From: an uncultured Desulfobacteraceae bacterium
GTDB taxonomy: Bacteria > Desulfobacterota > Desulfobacteria > Desulfobacterales > CAZHA01
Direction: 5' to 3'
Assembly (NCBI GenBank): GCA_964572695.1
Contig: CAZNFS010000003.1
Span: 1 to 45,534 of the forward strand
Length of the DNA: 45,534 nt
Part shown: one piece after another, positions 27,100 through 34,991 of the stretch
Layout: every line of letters begins with the position of its first letter
Position numbering within the stretch: the first letter of the stretch is position 1
The notes under the pieces: model-generated
Told to the model about the DNA's origin: nothing
Database searches by the model: none
The model's input: the letters and a program-made list of their open reading frames with translations, nothing else
Program-made: the position numbers and the translations under genes

Positions 27100-27266
27100 T
27101 TATTGCGGTTCGGTTTTGTTTCCGGCACAGCACCCTGAAGAAGGCGTTGATTCCGTCATTTCTTTGTTCTCCCCTTCCTTGACTTCTTCGATTGACACGC
27201 CGCAACAGCCGCTTTTCTGGCCGCCAAATAACCGTTTAAAAAGGCCTTCTTTTTTAGCTCCCGTCA
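27100..27266 (-). CDS. small ORF(s) downstream of the permease: 36-aa frame-0 product, or 55-aa CC-motif product if a -1 shift occurs
   Basis: ATG 27266 follows a consensus SD (GGAGGA, 6-nt spacer), 37 nt after the permease stop. Frame 0 gives MTGAKKEGLLNGYLAARKAAVAACQSKKSRKGRTKK, stopping at 27156. The overlapping -1 frame is open to 27100 and encodes ...RLFGGQKSGCCGVSIEEVKEGENKEMTESTPSSGCCAGNKTEPQ. Too short for the ORF track. Confidence 0.35.
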
Positions 27267-27303
27267 TTTTTTTCCTCCTTGTATATTGGGTTTAAGTTTT
27301 GTT

Positions 27304-28188
27304 TCAAATAAAGTTAAATATCGTGCCTGCAACCACGGCGGTTACAAATATGACGCCAACCAACGCACTCACGAGTTTGGGCCGAAAAATGCTGGCCAGA
27401 AGGCTCATTTCCGGAATCGCCATACCAGCACCGCCAATGATAAGTGCTATCACAGCGCCAACGCTCATTCCCTTCTGCATCAAAGCCAAACCGATCGGGA
27501 TAGCCGTTGAGGCACGGATATAGAGCGGAATTCCGACCAGCGCCGAAACAGGGACCGCCAACGGATTTTGGGGGCCGGCAAGCCGAACGATCAAATCCTG
27601 GGGTACATATCCTTTAATCAGGGCACCGATGGCCACGCCTATGACCAGATAGACCAGTACACCTCTAAAATCGTTCCATGCCGATTGAAAGGCAGCCTTC
27701 ATCCTGGCCCCGAAACTATCAGTATCTATGGTAAAATCGCGGGCTCCCGTTATGCGGACATTCTTGACGTACTGGGCAAATCCGAATCTGCTCAGAATGA
27801 GCCCGAACAACACGGCTGCGCTAAAGGTCACCACGGCATATATTGCCGCCGCCTTGATACCGAGCAAAGCCGCCATCATCGTAAGAACAATGGGATTAAG
27901 AATCGGAGATGCAACCACAAAGGACATTACCGACCCAAATGGAACCTGCGCTTTTAAAAGCCCGACCGTCATCGGAATCGTCGAACAGGCACAAAAGGGC
28001 GTCAATCCACCCAATCCCGCACCCAGCATACTACCCAAAGCCCCTTTATGAGACAACCAACGCCTCAGTTTATCCTCTTTAATGTATTGTAAAATCAATC
28101 CAATTACGGTGCTGATTCCGAGAAACAGTAATGAAAGCTCAACCAGAATGAAGCAAAAGAAATAGAGTGAAGTTGTAAATGAATTCAA
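27304..28188 (-). CDS. ArsP-type (PF03773-like) permease with TPFCACS motif
   Basis: Multi-TM protein. GLGGLTPFCACSTIPMTVGLL and SFVVASPILNP match the predicted-permease/ArsP family. I prefer TTG 28188, which has AAGGAG 7 nt upstream, over the track's TTG at 28221. Confidence 0.8.
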   Translation of the reverse strand: MNSFTTSLYFFCFILVELSLLFLGISTVIGLILQYIKEDKLRRWLSHKGALGSMLGAGLGGLTPFCACSTIPMTVGLLKAQVPFGSVMSFVVASPILNPIVLTMMAALLGIKAAAIYAVVTFSAAVLFGLILSRFGFAQYVKNVRITGARDFTIDTDSFGARMKAAFQSAWNDFRGVLVYLVIGVAIGALIKGYVPQDLIVRLAGPQNPLAVPVSALVGIPLYIRASTAIPIGLALMQKGMSVGAVIALIIGGAGMAIPEMSLLASIFRPKLVSALVGVIFVTAVVAGTIFNFI

Positions 28189-28250
28189 TTCAAGACTCCT
28201 TACCTTAGTTGATACTATCAACCAATATGATCAAATATATTTTTATTGAG

Positions 28251-28303
28251 ATTCCCCGCCGCAAGACTTGTCGGCGAGCTCAAGTCGAGCTGCTACAGGG
28301 AAT
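28251..28303. repeat. composite palindromic element between the MarR and permease genes
   Basis: An outer inverted repeat ATTCCC/GGGAAT encloses two inner hairpins (CGCCGCAAG/CTTGtCGGCG and AGCTC/GAGCT). Its reverse complement begins ATTCCCTGTAGC and ends GCGGCGGGGAAT, like the element at 9969-9988. Confidence 0.35.
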
Positions 28304-28310
28304 TCGCTCG

Positions 28311-28751
28311 CTATTGCGGTTCAGACCCGCTTATAGCCTGAACCAGTGAATACAATGAAGCCTGAGCCACTTGCTGCATCGACGGATCGAGTTTAGACAA
28401 AATTTTTCCGATTTGGCGTTCATTTTCCTGGTCTATCTGGCTGATCAGTGCTTCTCCCGGTGATGCAATTTCAACACAGCAGACGCGTCCGTCTTCAGGA
28501 CTGCGTTGGCGTTTTACCAATCCTTTTTTTTCAAGTCTGTCAATCACACGCGTGGCACCGCTTTTTGAAAAACTCAATCCCCGGGCAATTTCCTGCATCG
28601 CGCAAAGCTGACGGCCGGAAATCAATCGAAGCGCACGGGCTTCCGGCGCCGAAAGATTTACACAACATTGCCCATCGAGCCCCTGCGCCCCAAAGTGCCA
28701 TACAATATCTTTAATTAGAACGGCGAAATTTTTAACGGATACTGACTCCAT
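28311..28751 (-). CDS. MarR-family transcriptional regulator with two vicinal Cys pairs
   Basis: Winged HTH (LCAMQEIARGLSFSKSGATRVIDRLEKKGLVKRQRSPEDGR) with CC pairs at GQCCVN and RVCCVE. I prefer Met24 (28751), giving 146 aa, because the track's TTG start 28820 lies inside a TTGACA -35 box. Confidence 0.75.
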   Translation of the reverse strand: MESVSVKNFAVLIKDIVWHFGAQGLDGQCCVNLSAPEARALRLISGRQLCAMQEIARGLSFSKSGATRVIDRLEKKGLVKRQRSPEDGRVCCVEIASPGEALISQIDQENERQIGKILSKLDPSMQQVAQASLYSLVQAISGSEPQ

Positions 28752-28792
28752 GATCCGATCCCTATTATCTAAATAGTTGACAATATCAAACA

Positions 28793-28820
28793 ATAATATC
28801 CCTTTCTTTTTAAATGTCAA
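28793..28820 (-). promoter_or_regulatory. sigma-70-like promoter of the MarR-permease unit, with a pseudo-palindromic operator in the leader
   Basis: Minus strand TTGACA-16 nt-TATTAT. The pseudo-palindrome TTGATATTGTCAA (28777-28789) sits between the -10 box and ATG 28751. Confidence 0.45.
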
Positions 28821-29509
28821 GCGCTTGCTTAAAAAAAATGGGATTCTGGATCAAAGCTGCTCGGAGAAAACCCATGTCAGGCCGGCGCCACTCTCCTCAG
28901 AGCGTTTTAAGGCGAATGTCGTATCCGCCATGCAAAAGAAAAAATACTCGCTATAAATAGCCGCTACGTCATCAATTCAAAAAAACAGGCCTTCAACAAG
29001 CCCATCCCTGTTTATAATCTTTTCAAACACGATTCCTACCTCCGGAGCTCGAGGTTTTAAAAATGCCCTATTTGACACTTTTAAACATTAACGGTGGAAT
29101 CTGTTGTGTTGCTTAAGCCAGAGGGGGAGGGAATCTTATTGGATTTAGATTAGCGGGACTGTGAAAAAGAAGGTCGGCATTATTACAATAAGCATTATTT
29201 ACCTTAATTATTTGTAAAGTCAACGTGATAGGCGTTAATGTTGACTCTGGGAAACACATCGAAATAGATACTCTGTGGTAGGTTGCTTCGGGAAGTGTAT
29301 TTTACGATATTAAAAAAGTGAATTGACAGAGAGAGCGCCATCTTTCTGGCCTAGCAGATGGTGGTATTAGAAGGTTTGTGGATCATAATTCCGGAAAAGC
29401 TCCTATACAAGATAAGGAACAACCCTCTTAATTTCATGGCTTTTCTCCTCGTCCTTTTCATTCGACTCTTCGACTTTTCGACTCGAATTACCCCATTTCC
29501 TAATTTGGT

Positions 29510-30670
29510 TCAGTGAATAATCTTGCCCTCCCACAAATCATAAAGGAACTTCCTCCAAGGCATGATTTGTATCTTCCCATGAACACGTTCTTCCCGCTCA
29601 TTACAAACAATAAACGATTTTCGAGGTGAATATTGGTCTATAAAAGTATTGAGAGAGCGCAAGTCTCTTTTATCCACACGCGAAGTTCCTTTTACTTCAA
29701 TAGCCACCTCACCCCTGGCTAAAATGAAATCCACCTCCAGACCTGATTTGGTTCTCCAGAAATTAATTTCATAATCCAGTTCCTTATAGGCATTGTAAGC
29801 GGATAGCTCCAAAAAGATAAAATGCTCAAATGCTTTTCCGAAGAGTTCTCCTTTTTCTTCCTCCAAATGTCGCTTTGTAATTGATCCGGCAACACCTACA
29901 TCAAACAGATAAAATTTTGAAGTCCGACTTATGACCTGTCGGTCCTGCCTTCTTTTAAACGGGGCTACCATCTTTCCTAAAAGCGTATCGACGAGAATCT
30001 GGTAATATTCTTTTACGGTCTTGGAGTCTACACCGCACTCCCGGGCAATATTCGAATAATTCGTCAGTTCTCCATGGGGATATCCCATCGCATCAAAGAA
30101 TCTGGAGAAGGCTGGAATGTTCCGAGTTAATCCCTCATCAAAAACCTCCTCTTTTAAATAATCTTGTGTATAGGCCTTTAATGCTTTTTTATGATTTTCC
30201 CGCAGATAATGATCTGGTATCATGCCGCGGTTCAAGACCCTCACCAGATTCAGGTCTCCTAGCTCAGCCGTAACAAGAGGGAACATTTCATAGCGCCACG
30301 CACGCCCTCCCAGCAGGTTTGCTTTTCCCCTCTTTAACTTCCGTGCGCTTGACCCGCACAGTATAAAACGTAATCCCTTGTTCTCAATCAACCAGTGTAC
30401 TTCGTCCAGAACCTGAGGAACCTTCTGGACTTCATCCAGGATCACCGGATGGTCCAAAATGTCGTCATTTTTTGCAAGCAATCGTTCCCTCAGGAGCGAC
30501 GGCTGCTTGGAAAATTCGAAAAACAGGTCGGTTTGAAGAAAATCGTAGACTACACTTTTGGGAAAATTCGTCTTTAAATATGTGGACTTTCCTGCCTTCC
30601 TCGGCCCCCACAGAAATGCCGATTGTCGCTCCGGAAGGGAGATATTTAAAACCCTCTCAATAATAGCCAT
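29510..30670 (-). CDS. AAA-type ATPase (AAA_14 + DUF4143-like architecture)
   Basis: 386 aa. Walker A GPRKAGKST and Walker B VILDEVQ. The C-terminal EVDFIL...EVK region is typical of the DUF4143 nuclease-fold tail. It is an isolated gene in an AT-rich stretch. Confidence 0.8.
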   Translation of the reverse strand: MAIIERVLNISLPERQSAFLWGPRKAGKSTYLKTNFPKSVVYDFLQTDLFFEFSKQPSLLRERLLAKNDDILDHPVILDEVQKVPQVLDEVHWLIENKGLRFILCGSSARKLKRGKANLLGGRAWRYEMFPLVTAELGDLNLVRVLNRGMIPDHYLRENHKKALKAYTQDYLKEEVFDEGLTRNIPAFSRFFDAMGYPHGELTNYSNIARECGVDSKTVKEYYQILVDTLLGKMVAPFKRRQDRQVISRTSKFYLFDVGVAGSITKRHLEEEKGELFGKAFEHFIFLELSAYNAYKELDYEINFWRTKSGLEVDFILARGEVAIEVKGTSRVDKRDLRSLNTFIDQYSPRKSFIVCNEREERVHGKIQIMPWRKFLYDLWEGKIIH

Positions 30671-30782
30671 TTACGTAATGTCCTCCGAATTAGTTTAACT
30701 AATTTGGACTATACTCCGGAATAGTCAGCTGTCAACGGAAAACAAGAAAAACCTTTCAGGCCCTTCAACTTTCTTCTAATCA

Positions 30783-30810
30783 CTGATAACTGATTACTGA
30801 TCACCGATCA
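30783..30810. repeat. four tandem heptamers upstream of the ATPase gene
   Basis: CTGATAA CTGATTA CTGATCA CCGATCA, read directly from the sequence. Confidence 0.5.
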
Positions 30811-31052
30811 CGATGTTTTTAGTCTCTCCAATTTTTCGACCTTTCGACTTTTTGACCCTTGAACTCTATGGCTTTTTGACTTTCGGCTTTGCCTCCAAAA
30901 CTCTATTTTTTAGATCAAACACGGTAAAAATTTATCCATACTCATAATATAGGTACGGTTTTCGTGTTTTTTCAATATGCCCCGTTGACCTACGACCTGT
31001 ACAACAATAGTGGGGGCATCCATTAGCCACTTGTTTCGATCCTTTAAAGTCG

Positions 31053-31518
31053 ATGAAAGGCGTGATTCACTGGTTTTTACTTCGACCGCAAGAAGCGGAA
31101 TGTCACTCCACCAATCTGAAAAAGAATTTTGATATCGAGAACAATACCTATCAGACCACCTGGTCGGAAATCGATGTGGGGTGTGAAGCCTGCCACGGCC
31201 CCGGATCGCGTCACGTAAAATGGGCCGAGCTACCGGATATGGCCCGGCCGCGCCCGGGCCCATTATAACTTGGGGCTTCTTCTTCAGCAGATGAGACAAT
31301 TTCAAGAGGCGGAAGCCGAATTGCGCCGGGCCGTGGAGGTTGAGCCGGACACTATGGATTACCCCCACGCATTGGCCGACCATTACCTCAGAAAAGGGGA
31401 GTTGGAAGCGGCCGGAAGACTCGCAGCTCGAATGGTCGAGAAGCACCCGGGTAATCCGCTGGGGCAGGGGATCCTGAAATTTATCGAGAGTGAAATGAAT
31501 CGACAGAGGGATCAGTGA
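31053..31518 (+). pseudogene. remnant of a multihaem cytochrome c / TPR-repeat protein gene
   Basis: Track ORF 31053..31268 contains ECHSTNLKKNFDIENNTYQTTWSEIDVGCEACHGPGSRHVKW (a haem c CxxCH motif). Track ORF 31270..31518, in a different frame, is a TPR-like C-terminus. There is no intact N-terminus and the roughly several-hundred-aa middle is missing. Confidence 0.6.
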
Positions 31519-32001
31519 TCATTTGTGAAATGGTTGATGGTCTGCAGCCAGATTAAAAGAATACTGACTTTTTATCTGATTATGTAGAATCTTTTAGCTC
31601 GATGATTTTAGAACAAATCAAACTGATTTTGTACATCAACATCTTGTGGGTACTAATACCAGGCAAAACAGCAAGCCAATGTGACGATTTTTTCCTTCAT
31701 ACGCATCTCAAAATAAAAATCATCTGTTACGATTCACGTTTCATACCTTCATTTTGTCGGGACTCCGAAAAAGGTTGTTTTTTCACCTAAATTCCCTGTT
31801 GCCTTTTTTCAACATAACGGCCTTACACGTTGACGAATAATAGCCTGAAATATTTACCATATTCAAAAAATAATGTTAATTCGAAGGTATTGAAACTAGG
31901 GGCTGAAAATCCAAGGGTTTTTGATGCCGGTTTAATATAAATTTGCCTGAAATTATAGGTGGGCTACTTGGGAACCACTCACTTCATTTTTATAAAAAAG
32001 C

Positions 32002-32031
32002 TTGACAAAATATCACATACATAACTATTAT
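32002..32031 (+). promoter_or_regulatory. sigma-70-like promoter upstream of the ABC/catabolic locus
   Basis: TTGACA (32002-32007), 18-nt spacer, TATTAT (32026-32031). Phased repeats GTCGACG GTCGACC GGCGAC (32032-32051) follow immediately. Confidence 0.4.
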
Positions 32032-32128
32032 GTCGACGGTCGACCGGCGACTGTATTGTTGTGGCCCAAAGATTCAGAGAGTTGAATCAACCGAAACCCT
32101 GTCTGGTCCTCGTAATTCCCCATAGACC

Positions 32129-33061
32129 ATGAGAGCTTACCTGATCAAGCGGACGTGTCACGGTTTTCTTGCCATTTTTGGTGTACTGGTAGTGATCTTT
32201 TTGCTTGTCAGATTAGCCCCGGGGGACCCGGCCCTTTTGATGCTTCCCGACCTTGCGCCCCCTGACGCTGTTGAAGCAATGCGGAAAGAACTGGGCTTGG
32301 ACAAATCCCTTTTTGAGCAATTCTTCATATTCCTAAAAACCACCCTTGCGGGAAATCTCGGCAAATCAATCTTTTACAAGCAGGATGTCGCAAAACTAGT
32401 CATTCAGGCCTTGCCGACAACGTTAATCCTTACATTTGGCTCTCTCTTCATAGCGATGATAATCGCCATCCCGGTTGGCGTCATCTCGGCCACAAAGCAA
32501 TATTCGATTTATGACCACATCACCCTGGTTGGCGTTCTGTTGGGCCAGTCTGTACCCACCTTTTGGCTTGGCATCATGCTCATTCTGTTTTTTTCATTGA
32601 TCTGGAATATATTTCCGACATCCGGTTCGGGCGGATGGCGGCACTATGTTTTACCCTGTACAGCTCTCTCCACCTATATGCTGGCGCTGATTACACGGCT
32701 GATCCGGTCCGGAATGCTGGAGATATTAAACGAAGATTATGTCCGCACCGCACGCGCTAAGGGGCTTGCCGAAAAAATAGTTATCTCCAAGCATGCCCTC
32801 TCCAACACGATGATCCAGATTGTCACGGTCATTGGACTGCAGGTCGGTACACTTCTGGGCGGTGCTATCATCACGGAAAAAGTGTTCGGCCTGCCTGGTT
32901 TGGGGAGCCTCATTATACAGGCCATTGAACTCCGGGATTACCCTGTCGTCCAGGGAACCGTATTAGTCACCGCCTTTCTCTTTGTTTTGATAAATTTTCT
33001 GGTGGATGTCCTCTACACCTATATCGATCCCCGCATCAGTTTCGCCAAGGCTTCAAAATGA
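32129..33061 (+). CDS. ABC transporter permease (DppB/OppB type)
   Basis: 310 aa. N-terminus LVRLAPGDPA and a six-TM layout typical of peptide/opine/nickel ABC permeases. Confidence 0.85.
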   Translation: MRAYLIKRTCHGFLAIFGVLVVIFLLVRLAPGDPALLMLPDLAPPDAVEAMRKELGLDKSLFEQFFIFLKTTLAGNLGKSIFYKQDVAKLVIQALPTTLILTFGSLFIAMIIAIPVGVISATKQYSIYDHITLVGVLLGQSVPTFWLGIMLILFFSLIWNIFPTSGSGGWRHYVLPCTALSTYMLALITRLIRSGMLEILNEDYVRTARAKGLAEKIVISKHALSNTMIQIVTVIGLQVGTLLGGAIITEKVFGLPGLGSLIIQAIELRDYPVVQGTVLVTAFLFVLINFLVDVLYTYIDPRISFAKASK

Positions 33062-33987
33062 TAAGAAAAACGGAAATCAACACCTTGAAGTCCGAATATA
33101 AATTGCCTTTAAAAGATCGCCTGGACCAAAATCTGGTGCAACCTTTAAAAAGACTGCTTCGCCACCGGACAGCCGCAATCGGGGGTGCCGTTGTCGTGCT
33201 TATCATTCTGTTTGCCACCCTTGCCTCGTTTTTATCTCCTCATGACCCATTGGCGCAGGAATTGGCCTATCGGCTGAAGCCACCCGGATGGACTGGCGAA
33301 AACGGGGAAGTATTCTGGCTGGGAACGGATCAGCTCGGTCGCGATGTTCTGAGCCGCATCATCTATGGCAGCCGTGTATCCCTTTCAGTTGGTGTCGCCT
33401 CGGCCCTTCTGGGAGGGTTAGCGGGGTTGATTCTGGGTCTGCTGGCCGGATACTATGGGTCTTGGGTGGATGACATCATCATGCGCCTGGCCGACATTCA
33501 ACTCTCTTTTCCATTTCTAATCCTGGCGCTGTGCGTGATCGCCATTCTCGGCGCCAACCTGATTAATTTAATCCTGGTGTTATCTATTTACGGTTGGGTT
33601 ATTTATGCCAGGCTTATTAGAGCTTCGGTCCTGTCAATCCGCGAGATCGAATTTGTTCAGGCAGCCAAAGCCGTTGGCGCAAGCAATTTTAAAATCATGC
33701 TCAAGCACATTCTGCCGAACGTTATTGCCGCCTTCTTCGTTATTTCATCTTTTCAAGTCGCACGCATCATCATTATGGAAGCCTCATTGGGGTTTTTAGG
33801 ACTGGGCGTCCCGCCACCATCGCCGACCTGGGGCAATATGCTGGCAGACGGCCGCGAGTATCTTCAAGAAGCCTGGTGGATTGGGACTTTCCCGGGATTA
33901 TCGATAGTGGTTGTGGTTCTGGGCATTAACTTGTTGGGCGATGGATTGCGCGATGCGCTTGATCCGAAAACCTATCTCAGGAAATAA
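33058..33987 (+). CDS. ABC transporter permease (DppC/OppC type)
   Basis: 309 aa. LGTDQLGRDVLSRIIYGSR motif. 4-nt overlap with the preceding gene. Confidence 0.85.
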   Translation: MIRKTEINTLKSEYKLPLKDRLDQNLVQPLKRLLRHRTAAIGGAVVVLIILFATLASFLSPHDPLAQELAYRLKPPGWTGENGEVFWLGTDQLGRDVLSRIIYGSRVSLSVGVASALLGGLAGLILGLLAGYYGSWVDDIIMRLADIQLSFPFLILALCVIAILGANLINLILVLSIYGWVIYARLIRASVLSIREIEFVQAAKAVGASNFKIMLKHILPNVIAAFFVISSFQVARIIIMEASLGFLGLGVPPPSPTWGNMLADGREYLQEAWWIGTFPGLSIVVVVLGINLLGDGLRDALDPKTYLRK

Positions 33988-33995
33988 AACGGACC

Positions 33996-34991
33996 GTGTC
34001 AGCCAACACAACCCACATACTTAAAGTTAGAGATCTACAGACCTATTTCTACACACCGAATGGTGTATCTAAAGCCGTGGATGGCATAAGCTATCAAATC
34101 GACCGCAGCGAAGTGGTGGGGCTGGTTGGAGAGTCGGGCTGCGGAAAAAGTGTTTCGGCGCTTTCACTATTGCGATTGATTCAATCGCCTCCCGGCAAGA
34201 TAGTCGGTGGTCAGGTAGATTTTGAAGGTCGCAACCTGTTGGAGATCGATCAGAATGAAATGAAAACGATTCGCGGAAACAAGATCTCGATGATCTTTCA
34301 GGAACCCATGTCATCGCTTAACCCCATTTTCAACATCGGCCATCAGATTAGTGAGGCCTTCCGCGCCCATATCGATATCGACAAAAAGGAAGCCTTAGTT
34401 CGGTCTACTGTGATGCTGGACATGGTCGGCATACCCTCGCCCGAAAAACGCCTCCTTGAATACCCTCACCAGATGAGCGGCGGAATGTGTCAGCGAATTT
34501 TGATCGCCATGGCTTTAGCCTGCAAGCCCGATCTTTTAATCGCCGATGAACCGACGACGGCGCTGGACGTAACCATTCAAGCCCAAATTTTAAAATTGAT
34601 GCTGCGGCTTCGTGGAGAAGCGAATATGGCGATTTTGCTCATCACCCATGACCTGGGCGTAATAGCGGAGACCGCGGAGAAGGTAATTGTCATGTATTGT
34701 GGCCAAATCGTTGAAACGGCTGATGTTCGGGAGCTTTTCAAGCGGCCCGCACATCCCTATACCAGCGGGCTTCTGGACTCTGTCTCTACAATGGACAAAA
34801 ATCCTCGTAAAAGAAACCATAAGCTTCGATTACAAGAAATCCCGGGGATTGTCCCCGGATTAACTGAACTGCCGTCGGGTTGCCGCTTTCAACCCCGCTG
34901 CAGCCAAGCGTTCCATGATTGTGAAAACGAAGTGCCGGCGCTGCAGGAAATCGCACCTGGCCATCTTTGTCGGTGCCGGCTGTATGGTTGA
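33996..34991 (+). CDS. ABC transporter ATP-binding protein (DppD/OppD type)
   Basis: GTG start. Walker A GESGCGKS, signature MSGGMCQR, Walker B LLIADEPTTALD, and the C-terminal oligopeptide-type Cys region (CRFQPRC). Confidence 0.85.
   Translation: MSANTTHILKVRDLQTYFYTPNGVSKAVDGISYQIDRSEVVGLVGESGCGKSVSALSLLRLIQSPPGKIVGGQVDFEGRNLLEIDQNEMKTIRGNKISMIFQEPMSSLNPIFNIGHQISEAFRAHIDIDKKEALVRSTVMLDMVGIPSPEKRLLEYPHQMSGGMCQRILIAMALACKPDLLIADEPTTALDVTIQAQILKLMLRLRGEANMAILLITHDLGVIAETAEKVIVMYCGQIVETADVRELFKRPAHPYTSGLLDSVSTMDKNPRKRNHKLRLQEIPGIVPGLTELPSGCRFQPRCSQAFHDCENEVPALQEIAPGHLCRCRLYG

Larger units (their letters stand above)
28160..28906. repeat. copy A of a dispersed direct repeat (three blocks shared with 45061-45327)
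   Basis: Hand alignment: 28160-28209 vs 45061-45110 (43/50 identical), 28599-28699 vs 45111-45211 (about 97%), 28812-28906 vs 45232-45327 (about 85%). Order and strand are the same in both copies. Confidence 0.75.

Noticed and set aside
26958-27205. 74-aa (+) and 76-aa (-) ORFs in the tetR/permease intergenic region
   Set aside because: They have no SD, span the 14-bp-stem hairpin, and their translations are basic and low in complexity. The SD-preceded small ORF at 27266 explains the region better.
28752-28820. N-terminal extension of the MarR ORF from TTG 28820
   Set aside because: The TTG is part of a TTGACA -35 box with a TATTAT -10 box 16 nt downstream. Met24 gives a normal 146-aa MarR length.
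28880-28960. 26-codon ORF (MADTTFALKRSEESGAGLTWVFSEQL) on the minus strand at the edge of repeat block A3
   Set aside because: It is very short, lacks an SD, and only its repeat-derived part is shared with copy B. It is likely fortuitous.
29461-30887. Possible CRISPR array from TTCGAC-rich and heptamer repeats
   Set aside because: The units are under 10 bp and contiguous or irregular, with no 25-40-bp repeat/spacer periodicity and no cas genes in the window.
30910-31446. 178-aa minus-strand ORF
   Set aside because: It runs antisense to the cytochrome/TPR remnants. It has no recognisable motif, an odd Arg/Ser/Pro-rich composition, and no SD. It is most likely a shadow ORF.
31602-31790. 62-aa ORF in the AT-rich 610-bp intergenic region
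   Set aside because: It has no SD and a low-complexity, AT-driven composition with no motif. I also found no tRNA-like cloverleaf or riboswitch-like conserved structure by eye in 31519-32128.
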